From the NCBI RefSeq assembly GCF_964204865.1, contig NC_135259.1, positions 7,750,001 through 7,814,000 of the forward strand: a stretch of 64,000 nucleotides of DNA, written 5' to 3'. A program made the translations under genes and the position numbers. Position 1 is the stretch's first letter; every line of letters starts with the position of its first letter. The notes below the pieces were generated by a model that searched no databases, was not told the DNA's origin, and saw nothing but the letters and a program-made list of their open reading frames with translations. Shown here piece by piece: positions 26,270-38,204 of this stretch. Origin of the DNA: Styela clava. Its lineage: Eukaryota.

Positions 26270-26438
26270 AGTTAAGTATGGTACAAACTTTTTGAAAAAA
26301 AATCTTTATAGACCTCTGTCGTTTTATTTTAGCATACGAAACAACAAAATGTTGCAATCATCCAATCATTGAAACGCCTTTTAAAACCCTGCCTATACAA
26401 AACTACCCAACTCAAGCTATGATTACAGTGAAACTTTT

Positions 26439-26636
26439 GGTACTCCCATAATGCATGTACCAGGTTAGGTTTAGGCCATAATTTTATTCCAATTTTCCAT
26501 ATTTTAATCCTCTTACGAGTTCGGAGACTGTCTGTGTTAGCCAAGTGAGTATACCCCCAGCCCATAGGCTTCTGTCCCTTTACATAACTTAATGTACAGT
26601 AGGCGAACTAAATTAGTTACCTTCATGTGGAGCGCC
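26439..26636. mobile_element. GGTACTCCC...GGAGCGCC family MITE just downstream of the NFIL3 stop
   Basis: Homologous to 5791-6003; flanks AAACTTTT / AAATTTTT (7/8 TSD match). Confidence 0.75.
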
Positions 26637-28584
26637 AAATTTTTTATATTACGTTAGGTTTCATATTCACTAGAGCTGTCAATTAAAAAAATGACTCTAT
26701 GATACTTTTGGTATGTCAACTGTTCTACTTCATGGATTTTCACAAGTATACTGCACAGAGTCGTGAAACTATGTTGATCGCGTGCTTAATAAATTTAGTA
26801 ACAAAGAATTATACACACAATTGTTGTCAATATCATTTCTTTTTCACGTCCCAAACTATTATCTTGAAATTATATTCCTAAATAGTAGAAATTATTTGAT
26901 TAATAGTTTGGTAATATAGAGCAACATCAATAATATCACGAATAAACAACCTATCATCGTATTTCATTCAATTAACTAATAGAAAAGAATTCTGAAATAA
27001 CTAGAACATAATATATCATTATTGCTACCTGCATGAATAATACTTGGCGTATAAAGTTAAATAATTGGTAGCTCTGCTAAGCAGTTTGTAATGCAGTGCA
27101 ACTAACTCCAAGCAAAACAAATGTGTCAAGAAAATATATTTATAATCAAAGACTTCTATTTAATATTTGAAATATTTTGCAATACCTAGTACATACGCTT
27201 CAAACCGAAAGCAAAATAGTTCACCAATATCACTAATTTGATTACCCTGTGCTTCAAGCGCTAATATAATAGTTCAATTATTAAATTATCATGCACTTTT
27301 TGTCTTGTATATTAAATCTGCATATATATGTTTCTTTTTTTTCCTCTTATTATTTGTAACATTTAAACCAAGCCCAAAGTGAACAATCCCAATAAGGGCA
27401 TGGCGTATATAGAACTAATATACCTCAGGTCTGTTAGGACGGCTAGAAAGTGTAGCAAAACTTTGGATTTTTTCATATGTTGCAAAAAACTTCGATTTAA
27501 CTTTTTTTAAGCATCTTTAGGTCCAAAGCCTCGTGTAAACTAAGAGTTTGTTTTAGTTTAGTGTCCCCCCTTTTTAGGGTATTTGTCTGGAGAAAATGAT
27601 GATGACTTTACCTTGATACATTAAATAATACAGGGCCGTCATAGAGTCCTGTTTCAATTTTATTATGGAGTCAGTTCTCAATATCTCCATTTATTTTAAT
27701 CAGTGTTTATTAAGTTTCTTACTTCATTTGATAAAGGGCAGGGACCAGCAAACCATATATGGTATGGTTGAATTCCCTTTGCAATTTAAAAAAATTCATG
27801 ACCTCATGAACATGAACACACTTGCATATTTATGTTCACACCCAGATTTCTTTATTGAAAACCAGATTGGTGCATTGTAATTCAGTTTTATATTGAAATT
27901 TTGGAAATATAATTGGTGATGAATATTATTGTGTTTCAAAACTTTATTCATATTTCATCTATTCTTCTCTTTGAACACCATGTCACATGACTTTTTGTCT
28001 TGAACATAGCTTATTCTGTATTTGCTGTAACAACTCGTTTTACTGCCGTTTTTTGGCTCTTTTGCCATGCTGTGTGCGTATTGGTACAGTCGGTCAGCAT
28101 TTTTCGTACAACATTATTTGTTTTAAAATATTCTAATATTGTTGCCTTGCTGTTTATGTTTTGCCAGTGCACAATTACTTTTTTTTCTGTTTAAATACAC
28201 ACAAAGTATGCCTGTCAAGTTCAGAGGACTTTGAGACATAGCTGAGTTAGTCTGCCAGTCAGTCTAGTCCTATTAGTGAGAAGAAATTGAAAAAGCATAG
28301 TGGCTTGCGCAATTCAATCATTCCTATTGGGGGATGTGAGTGACGATTGGATTTGGGGAAGTCTTCGAACCTGTACTTGGGATGGCGTGATAATCAGCGA
28401 ACAGATCTCTTTTTAGAGATGAAGGTTCCTCATTTTTTTTTTTTAAATGAGGTACGTGTTGTTAGTGAATTCGACACAAAAGAGAACCTTTTCTTATCAT
28501 TAAGACTGCTTACTGGTAATTAATATGGCGAGCCGCAGGCCTCTCGTTTGATTACAGGTACCATTCGTAACATCAATTCAAGCT

Positions 28585-28692
28585 AATCCCATACCCGACA
28601 TTGACAGGTAACTGAACGAGATGCCGTGGTTGACCGAATGATTGGGCCGTCCTAACGGTTCCTAATCCCCGGGATAAATATGTAAATCCTAT
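28585..28692 (+). mobile_element. SINE 3' fragment
   Basis: CCCATACCCGACAT...GCCGTGGTT...CCCCGGGATAAATATGTAAATCCTATC matches the SINE tail. Confidence 0.7.
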
Positions 28693-29610
28693 CGGGTATT
28701 AATTGACAATAGTGAACCAGTTATCTTTTTCGGTATAAGCGAGAAGTTCAGCAATCCTTTCGCGCACAATTATCCCACAAAGGATGCAAAATCCGTTCCT
28801 GGTAATAAGATATGCGATAGTAAGCTCCAATTGTCGGGTGCATAATATATACAAGTGTGTTATATAAAACTTGAAAGCAGGGGACGCTGTTTGGTCACTG
28901 TATAACGACAATCAACAAGCTTACTTGGAATGGGCTTGTCCATCAATTGTCGCCATTCCTTGCATTAGACAGTATCACACTAAAGAAGGCCCTTCGACTC
29001 CGGAAAACGGAGGCTAACATTAAAACGGGTAGAACGAAAAAAAAATAAAGGTGACTTAATTATATTAACCATATTCGTCATATTTTGTCGTTGCAACTTT
29101 TATGCAAATGAAGAATGTTGTCTTTGACACCGATTTTTGTCATATCCATAGGTTCATGTTCAATATATATACAAGTAAGTCGCACTTCGTAGATGGTAAA
29201 AACTTATAATGCCGGAAATTAGTTTTGGACTGATCGTGTTTATAATTCTTCCTTGATTTCATCCAATCAGATTAATTACGGATTTTGGCAAGCAGCGGTT
29301 GTGGCAACGATACTACAACATGGGCGTTGAGTCAAATCATACTGTATTATTCGTTGGTTCTCGATTTTCTCGTTTCAAGTAGTTGAGACTCGAGCACAGA
29401 CATTGCTTTTTTCACCTTGACAAAGTGGCATAATAGTATTGAGTTATGATAATTGACTATTTTTATAGTGATATAATCTTGGTGAACTGTGTTGAAATGT
29501 AATCCGATTCAGGTGAGATTTACACTATAGACTCCGAGTAATATAAAATAAATGGGATAAATATGTAAATCCTAATATGCCAAATGATAGACAACACTGG
29601 CTCTGACTTT

Positions 29611-30070
29611 GGTGACAGCACATTTGAACCTACGTACATTTGAACCCGTAAATCTGAACCCGTAATTTGAACCCAGGACAATTGCACCTGTATACTATTG
29701 CACCTATGGACATTTGCACCTACGGACATTTGAACCCATACATTTCCACCCATGGATTTTAGCACCCGCATATAGATTGAACCCGCGAACATTTGAACCC
29801 GTGTACGTTTGCACCCGCGTATATTTGAACCCATGTACATTTGCACCCGCGGACATTTGAACCCGTGTACGTTTGCACCCGCGTACATTTGAACCCATGT
29901 ACATTTGCACCCGCGGACATTTGAACCCATGCACATTTGAACCCACGAACATTTGCACCCGCGGACATTTGAACCTACATACATTTACACCCGCGTACTT
30001 TTACACCCGCGTACAATTGTACCCACAGATATTTGCACCCATGAACATCTACACCCATGGGCATTTGCAT
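29611..30070. repeat. Left TIR arm: tandem ~16-bp units (ACATTTG(A/C)ACCCRYGK)
   Basis: CATTTGAACCC / CATTTGCACCC recur every ~16 bp and decay inward; this arm is the inverse of 33150-33677. Confidence 0.9.
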
Positions 30071-30428
30071 TTACGGATATTAGCGTCTTTACATATACAC
30101 CCTTATCCTTCCATGCTATATACTATAGTATATAGGATTGGAAGGTACACCTAGGATTCTTTCTCCAAATGCATACGTTTCGAAAACACCATGGAATTCT
30201 CGATTATATACTCGAAGGCTTTATTACAACTATTTTCTATATATTTAAATTATATTATATATTTATATTATACTCCGTCTGTCATTGTCATCGCAATTGT
30301 CGATATCATAAGACTCAATGGACAAAATGTTCCGCTGTAGAATGCGAGCCAAAATTGGGGAGTATGATTTGTGCTTTGAACGGTCGACGACTCTTGAAGA
30401 GCGCGATCAAGAATTTTAATTGATATGT

Positions 30429-30540
30429 TAGTTCGATCCCGCGCAAAGTTTTTCCTCGCATCAATGCCCTTTTTCCCTCGCAGATAGTTCGATCCCGCGC
30501 AAAGTTTTTCCTCGCATCAATGACCTTTTTCCCTCGCAGA
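30429..30540. repeat. 56-bp direct duplication upstream of the transposase
   Basis: TAGTTCGATCCCGCGCAAAGTTTTTCCTCGCATCAATG...CCCTCGCAGA at 30429 and 30485; each copy ends in an acceptor-like TTTTCCCTCGCAG. Confidence 0.85.
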
Positions 30541-30614
30541 CAATTCCAAACTGTTTCTTCAGGACGTTGCAGCTGTGAAGATGACAAGTCCCTTTGCAAA
30601 AATAGGTTGGAAAC

Positions 30615-31970
30615 TTGGTGCCTACATTTTCCAAGACCACAAGAGGAAACGACTTACTGATTTACAAAGGCCACGAATATTGTAAGCGAAATGATCGGGT
30701 TTCAGATGCTACTCATTGGCGCTGCCGTCAGTTTAGGAAATTTCGATGTAAATCGACTGTTGTTACGATCGGTGAAAATGTAATAAAAGAACTAGGATAT
30801 CACAGTCATTCTGGCGACAGCATTAAGACTGAAGTTGGGATCATCCGTGCAACATTAAAAGAAGCAGCATCAACACCATCAAATACATCGACAAGATTTA
30901 TTTTAGGTGAAGTATTGAATAATAGATCAACAGATGTGCTAATGCGCTTGCCAGGCAAGTCGACTCTGGAGGCCAATATACGCAGAGTAAGGCGACAGAA
31001 AAAGTGTTCACGTAACAATCCTACAAGTGCTAGCTTTGATATTCCGAGCGAATATTTAGATATCATTTTGCATGACACTGGCCCGGAGGATCGTCATCGG
31101 ATAATGGCCATCGGAGTTCGATTACTACTTGCACATCTAGATAGTGACACATATCTTGGCGACGGTACATTTGATGTGGTGCCTGATATTTTCTTCCAGT
31201 TGTATACAATTCACTGTAAAGTGGGAGCATCCTATCCACCATGCGTATATTTCCTATTACGAGACAAGCGACAAGAAACATACGTTCAGATGTTGGAAGT
31301 GTTGAAAATCATTTTCCCAAATGCTAACCCCACCAAAATCATTGTTGATTTTGAAATAGCAGCTATCAATGCATTCCATGCACAATTTCCTCTGGCCGAT
31401 ATTAAAGGATGTTATTTTCACCTGTCACAAGCTCTAATTCGAAAAGTTGGTTCTATCGGATTAAAAGAGAAGTTTGATTGTTTACCCTCTTTCAATCTGA
31501 AAATTAGAAGTTTGGCAGCTCTGGCTTTTGTTCCCATTAACGAGGTTGCCGAAGTCTTCACCTTGCTTTGCGACACCTTCGAAGATTTGCCCGAATGCAA
31601 TCAACTTTTTCAATATTTTGAATCTACCTACATTCGTGGACCTCAAGTGGGTTCACGTCCAAGAGAAGCAAGATTTCCCCCTCGGTTGTGGAACTATGCC
31701 AAAGAGATTGAAATGATGCCTTCGGCCCCAAGAACAACAAACGCTGTAGAAGGATTTCATCCGAGTATATGGGGTTTGCTGAATGGCCTACAAAAAGACA
31801 TTGCGGTCCACAAACTGACTGTGGCAAATGCTCATGTAGGAGTTACGGCCCATCAAAGATCAAAGTATGTACAACTTGCTGTTAGGTTGTCAATTAAAGT
31901 TTTTTCATATGGAACTGAAACCGACAAGCTGAGGTATCTCCACTCAATAGCTCAAATGCAGTCTATTTGA
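30615..31970 (+). CDS. FLYWCH zinc finger + MULE DDE transposase (no in-frame ATG at the start; possibly defective)
   Basis: FLYWCH pattern LLIYKGHEY...WRC......C...HSH; DGTF (D1), VDFE (D2), GCYFH, RTTNAVEGFH (E). The ORF opens at TTG after an in-frame TAG. Confidence 0.9.
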   Translation: MVPTFSKTTRGNDLLIYKGHEYCKRNDRVSDATHWRCRQFRKFRCKSTVVTIGENVIKELGYHSHSGDSIKTEVGIIRATLKEAASTPSNTSTRFILGEVLNNRSTDVLMRLPGKSTLEANIRRVRRQKKCSRNNPTSASFDIPSEYLDIILHDTGPEDRHRIMAIGVRLLLAHLDSDTYLGDGTFDVVPDIFFQLYTIHCKVGASYPPCVYFLLRDKRQETYVQMLEVLKIIFPNANPTKIIVDFEIAAINAFHAQFPLADIKGCYFHLSQALIRKVGSIGLKEKFDCLPSFNLKIRSLAALAFVPINEVAEVFTLLCDTFEDLPECNQLFQYFESTYIRGPQVGSRPREARFPPRLWNYAKEIEMMPSAPRTTNAVEGFHPSIWGLLNGLQKDIAVHKLTVANAHVGVTAHQRSKYVQLAVRLSIKVFSYGTETDKLRYLHSIAQMQSI

Positions 31971-33149
31971 CTTTGATCGTGATATAGTAAAATTTCGTTT
32001 ATCGTCATTATTTTGATTTGTTGTTTAACTATTGTATCATAATTGATAAATTCCTATTTGTGAAACGTCCATAGCTACTCTATCTCAAAATTGATCGCCC
32101 ATTCGACACAAATTTGTGAGTGATAACTTTATTGATATATTAAAATAAATGTAATCCGTAACCTATGACGTCGTTTGTAAATTGCAATATCATATTTAAC
32201 AGACCCTATATGCTGAATATGTTCGATTTACTCTAAATAGTGTAAACAGCAAAAACCATTTTTGGCCACGATAATGATTTTAAAACTTCTTCACTTTCGA
32301 ATATTTAACATATTTACATGACTCACGATTTCTATGTATAGTTTTGTTCTGACATTCTAATGAAACAATACTTCAATAAAACTGGCATTTGGCTATGAAC
32401 ATGTTGTTACAAAAATGGCATAGTTTCATTATCTTAATTTCATATTTTCTTAGAAACGAAGAATTTGTGCGTTTATTTATTTATATACAGACAATAGTAT
32501 TCAATTTATAGATTGATTTTAGGAAAAATGGCAAAACCTGATTTGAGACAACACTCATTTTCAACAGTAAAGCGTGGTCGTGTATGCATACATATAACAA
32601 TTTTGTAAACATGCTAGCAAGAAAACATGAAGTGGCCACAGAGCTCCCAAATCTCATGCTGGGCGGGATATCATAGTAGGCGTTTTCGGTGAAATAATTT
32701 TAGAACAAATTTATAGGACTTGACCACTAAAAATATTACTGTAAAGCTAGTTATAGTAAGACCCTCATTTAAGACTTCATTGGTCTGTGAGATATTTGTT
32801 CCGTATTAGCCCTGGTTTCAGGTATTTCAACGAAATACCGCTTTCTAGGTCATCGTCTGTTTTGGAGATCGCGGCTAACGAATGAGATAATGATTTACAA
32901 ATGTCAATGTAAAAAGAAACAGCAAAAGAATAAAGACCTTGGCAGAACAATGTTGTTTATATCGTTAAGAGACGTTTATCTCTCGGACTACAATGACACT
33001 CAAAAATGCTTGCTTCGTAGAAGCGGGTAAATGCATATACACCAAAACTAACTACAAATGAAACAGTGTTGAAATTTAGAATATTGAGCTTGAGCCTGTA
33101 GCATGAAAATTATTTGCGACTGGAAATTGCCGTTGGGGCAAACATTTTT

Positions 33150-33677
33150 TGTGAAAATGTGCGTGGGTTCAAATGTACGCGGATTGAAATGTATGCGAGT
33201 TCAAATATAATATACGTTGGTTCAAATATACGCGGGTTCAAATGTCCGTGGTTCAAATGTACCCGGGTTCAAATATACGTGGGTTCAAATGTCCGCGGGT
33301 GCAAATGTTCGTGGGTTCAAATGTACATGGGTGCAAATGTCCAGGGTGCAAATGTACATGGGTTCAAATGTCCGCAGGTGCAAATGTACATGGGTTCAAA
33401 TGTACGCGGGTGCAAACGTACACGGGTTCAAATGTCCGCGGGTGCAAATGTACATGGGTTCAAATGTACGCGGGTGCAAACGTACACGGGTTCAAATGTC
33501 CGCGGGTTCAATCTATATGCGGGTGCTAAAATCCATGGGTGGAAATGTATGGGTTCAAATGTCCGTAGGTGCAAATGTCCATAGGTGCAATAGTATACAG
33601 GTGCAATTGTTCTGGGTTCAAATTACGGGTTCAGATGTACGGGTTCAAATGTACGCGGGTTCAAAGATAATGGAACC
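33150..33677. repeat. Right TIR arm: tandem ~16-bp units (GGGT(T/G)CAAATGT...)
   Basis: Reverse complement of the left arm; the outer ~330 bp are nearly identical between arms. Confidence 0.9.
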
Positions 33678-34063
33678 CTGACTTTATCTTAAGAAAACCA
33701 AAATTTTGATCACAAAAAAATATGCACAATCTAGGCCTACTTTAATGTTCTCTTAAATTTTATAGCTAACTTGATGCTTTCTTGAGGTTTTCAGCTTTCT
33801 TGAGGTTTTTTGACTTGGATTGCCACCATTCAAAATCAGTAATTCCGGTCTCTGGTACCTGAAGTTTAAAAACACAACCTCCTTATCAATAAACACTTCA
33901 AATTTTGGATTTCGGCTCTATAGCTCATATTAGAAGTTTGGAGCACACACCGGAAAAATAAGAAAATATGGGGTAGCCTATGGCTTGAGGTATAAATCTG
34001 AACCGCAGTTTGGGAGTTGAACTCATCACATGTGAATTATGTATTCATCAGAGTCGTATATAT

Positions 34064-35141
34064 CAGTGGTCGGCAACCACCGGGCCGCGGCCCATCACCG
34101 GTCCGCGGAAAGGTTACTACCGGTCCGCAGAAAGGTGACCTAAAAACATACAAGACCCTTATAACATATATACAATCTAATATCTACAAACCTTACGATT
34201 GAAAGCTGGTGTTCCGTGTTGTTGTCTTCAAATTCTTTTTTATATTTTGGCATATTTTATGACACAGTTTTCAAGAAGATTTTGTTTGTTGTGATAAATG
34301 TTTGCAAGAATTTCCGAAAGTTGAAGCAATGACTACACAGCTAAATGTAAACGGCAACGTATTAATTTAAATTTAATCATCGCTCAGACCCCCATTTTCA
34401 ATCATGTTCAGGAACATTGACTCGTTTTCGTAATGTAAATTATAAAAGTTGCTTAAAGCTGGGAAAATTTGAAACAGTTTGAAGTTTGCAAACCCGACTC
34501 GTAGAATACCCTTAAATAAGCGATAAAATCATTTAATGGTAGAAGTACAAGTAGGATTTTAGACGCCAGAAAGATGACCGTTGAAGGAGAACTAGGTGTT
34601 TGCCTTTTCTAAATTCAGACCAAAATAAACGATGCGTGCTCATCTAAACAAGTTAATATATCATATTAAAATTGCATTGCTATTAACGGCTACGAACAGT
34701 CAGTTCAGTGTACTTTTGTTCTCCGAGGTAATGAATTTGTTACGTCTTCTTACAACTTGAGTCATTGGTCTTGTTGTAATTTTATTCCTACGCGAAACCT
34801 GACAGTGATTATTGCTTATTCGGATAGTTTTCACGAAATTGGAAATTTTCGTTTGTTGTTCCGTGAAAAATTCATGATATAAAAAGTGCTTCGCGGTTTG
34901 AAAATCACTGAAAATAGCGATATTTACCATGCTTCATACAATCTACGGATTGGAAACAATAGCGCAAATGCCGATCTCGCAATAAATATCATCACCTTCG
35001 TTTTTGTGTATATTGTCAACATATATTTTCTAACGCGTTTGAATTTATTACATAGGCTTAGTTCGTTTATATAAAGGTGGTCCGTCAAAATTTTGGCCAT
35101 ATTTTACCGGTCCGTCACTTCCAAAAGGTTGCCGACCACTG
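34064..35141. mobile_element. hAT-type non-autonomous element, 1078 bp
   Basis: Perfect 15-bp TIR CAGTGGTCGGCAACC / GGTTGCCGACCACTG; ACCGGTCCG subterminal repeats; 8-bp TSD GTATATAT at 34056-34063 and 35142-35149. Confidence 0.9.
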
Positions 35142-36207
35142 GTATATATTCAGTCGTATTATTCTTGTGTCGATGAACGTGACTTCACTGTCGCGCACAA
35201 TTGAACAAACGTTTTCGTATGACGTAGTCGACGATTTTTTCCCCTTCGACTAGTGCAATTTAATGTATCCTTACAATTTATATAAATTCGAATATTGATT
35301 ATTCTTCTTTATAATCTTACACATGGTAATGCCCCTAAAATATTTGTATGAATAGTAGATTTCAGCAGCCGTTCTAAATTACGACAATGATGAGAACTTT
35401 TCCGTAATAAAACCTAGTCATTCTAACTCATGATTTATGAAAAATCTTCCCGGGGTAAACTTTTTTATTTCGGTCAAACACTATCAGTACAAGTCATACC
35501 TCCAACAACAGTGAACGGCAGTCAGTATTATAATATGACTGTATGAAATAAGATCATACGGAAATGGTGCAATACGTGTTCTTGGAGTTACATCATAGAG
35601 TAATGATTATTATATCACTATGTCTTGCAACAAAATTCCTAACAACTAAAATAAGAAACTTTGACACAGTTTCAAATCGAGCCATAAAAATAAGCGAGTC
35701 ATGTTATTGTTGTTATTTAATGTATGACTGCATTGTATTATGTAACTTATCTCTTTATAATATATAATCTGATTGAGCGGTCATCCGAATAACAGATGAT
35801 TGCATCGTGTGGAATAGATTTAAAATCAAAGATGCTTTTATTTTGAGTTTATAGTGATTATATTGCATAACGACTTGAAGTTTGCGTTTGACTGAAGGAT
35901 CATAACGGGTTTTTGAAAAAATTGTACAAATTGTATAAAAATATATTGTCAGGCGTTTCGAAAATTCCATAAACAACTACATGTCCAACAAGCGGATGTT
36001 TTCACGCCCACCGCTTAAAGCCGTGTTCTATCAACACGATAAGCAAATTATGGCAATTCATAGACACCTAGAGAATGAGCTGTTTTTCACGTGGTTGATA
36101 TGCTTATTAACTACACAAAACAAAATTGTCAAACGAATCCAATTGTCAGATAACGGAATCAGTAATGTATCGATGCGTGGGCCCATGTTCTTTGCTCAGA
36201 GTAATTG

Positions 36208-36392
36208 AGGAAGCATCTTTGTTGGTGTAGTTTTATTTATAACATCGGAAAATGCTGAAATGTTGAATAAGGTTTGTACAATATATTAGAAAATGCGAGG
36301 GGAAGCATCTTTGTGAGGTGTAGTTATATTTATAACATTACAAAATGCTGATATGTTGAAAATGCTTTGTACAATTTATAAGATAATGCGGA
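36208..36392. repeat. Diverged ~92-bp tandem duplication
   Basis: GAAGCATCTTTGT..GGTGTAGTT.TATTTATAACAT...AAATGCTGA.ATGTTGAA starts at 36210 and 36302. Confidence 0.8.
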
Positions 36393-37313
36393 AATTCAAA
36401 ACATCAGAAGATTGAAATATAATTCAATTGACTGCGTATTGGCAGTTAACGGAATCTATTTGAAACGACGCAATGGATACTTGGTATACTTCAAGGTAAG
36501 ATTCGCCAAGTAAACCAATACTCGGTATAAAATTCGAAAGATTCTAGGATAATGTTACATGACGCCACTTTTCAAAGGCAAGATGGAGAACGGGATATTT
36601 TATTTTTCAGTGAGTTCATGAGAAAATATTTTACGAATTCGTGATAAAAGCGCTCGACACGTTAATATCATGCATCATGCACGTAAAGTTGGCTGTCATA
36701 CTTGAGCGTTTCAATTCGTCTTACATTGTGCTGTCGCAGTGCATCGATGAATGGAATGAACAATTGCTTTCGTGCGTGTTTCTGACGTGACGTGTGACTG
36801 AAACAAATAAGGGTATTCGTCGAGATTATATTATATTTTCTATATGTAGATCATAAGGCATGTCTTACACAATTTCTATCACTCGAAGGGGGTGGCATAT
36901 TTGTACACAAGAAGACTGCTACTAATCAAATCATTCCTAATGAGCAATATTTTTAGTTATTATGAGTAATTTGCATTTATTAAAGACGTATAAGATTATG
37001 TGGTATGATGGATATTGGCGACCTTTTATGGTCAGAACTGAATATTAGATATATATAGATCATGTTGTCAAATTAGTGTCCATACAAAATTATTTCTGAG
37101 AAACAATGAACACGAAGACGCATCAGTCATTTAAAACAGTATTGGTTGTAGCACGTACTCTGAAATATTTTGACGTTATTTTTCATTTTTTAATATGACG
37201 CATGCAGATAGCTATATTTTTACGATATTAGAGGACTTATGTAATTGTAATGTACGCTTACTCTTAGTACCTAATCTGGTTGAAGTTCGGGGAGAGAGGG
37301 CACACCTCTAGTG

Positions 37314-37604
37314 TATGGTTACGTAAACCTGCCCTTCGGTCCCTCCGGGGACCAGGGAGTGTTCGTTTGGGGTCCCAAAGGCTCTCGTCAAGTGTCATTC
37401 GCGGTGACTACATTAATTTAAAGTAAATTAACTGCGATTTGTCGTTTGTTGGCGTTTTATTATTGAACGTGGCAAATAAAATATCTGATGGGTACCACTT
37501 AAACAAAACTAGTTTTTTAATCATTTAATTTTAGGACCAGGGACATGAATTGTTGAGAGTCTTTGGGAGGGCGATGATGGATCAGGAAAGTTTAAGAACC
37601 ACTG
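37314..37604. mobile_element. Degenerate hAT MITE
   Basis: Right end AGTTTAAGAACCACTG; decayed left end; flanks CTCTAGTG / CACTAGTG (7/8 match). Confidence 0.5.
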
Positions 37605-38204
37605 CACTAGTGTCGAACTTTGGTAGGCAAGCTTGTGAAACTCAGCAATAACAAATTGTAGTGACTATCAGGAAAAGCAGAGGTGAAACTTGGACAGATT
37701 TGTGATATTACTAAATAAAACCGTTGACAGAATATTTGTTTCAACTTCCTTATTTAAAACCATGGTTTCCTTATTCACTTCCTGTAGCTCGGCTACCTTG
37801 TCTAAATTGTGACAACCAAATCTCTCTATAATTTTGCATAATTTTATAGACAACAGTCAGAAAACTTTTTTTCATACACATTTGAATACATCTTTAGTCG
37901 CGTTTGCATCCCGCACAAGCAGCGCGCGGATGCAAGCACTAATACATTCAGGATAGGGCGGAAATATATCTGCAAACGTTAGTTATTCAGTTACAATTTC
38001 CTAAACCTTGAAATTATTTTTTTTATATATATTTATATCCAGAAATATTTTTCAATTTTATTAGCGACTGAAGAGAGTATATTTCATAACTGTGTGTTAA
38101 AACACCTGAAGAAACACAGCAGGTTTAGCAATTCAACAAAACCGGACATATTAACTGTTCGACTTCTCAATACCTGGCAAAAAATATTTTATTGCCAATT
38201 CAGA

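Larger units (their letters stand above)
29611..33677 (+). mobile_element. Phantom-type Mutator (MULE) DNA transposon with foldback-type complex TIRs, 4067 bp
   Basis: GGT...ACC termini; perfect 8-bp TSD CTGACTTT (29603-29610 and 33678-33685); long inverted arms of 16-bp repeats; internal FLYWCH+MULE transposase. Confidence 0.92.

Noticed and set aside
29520-30154. Overlapping Cys-rich ORFs (GSNVRGCKC.../WVQM...) resembling metallothionein or keratin-associated proteins
   Set aside because: They are translations of the 16-bp tandem repeats in the left transposon arm, open in several frames and on both strands.
33114-33681. Mirror-image Cys-rich ORFs
   Set aside because: Same artefact in the right TIR arm.
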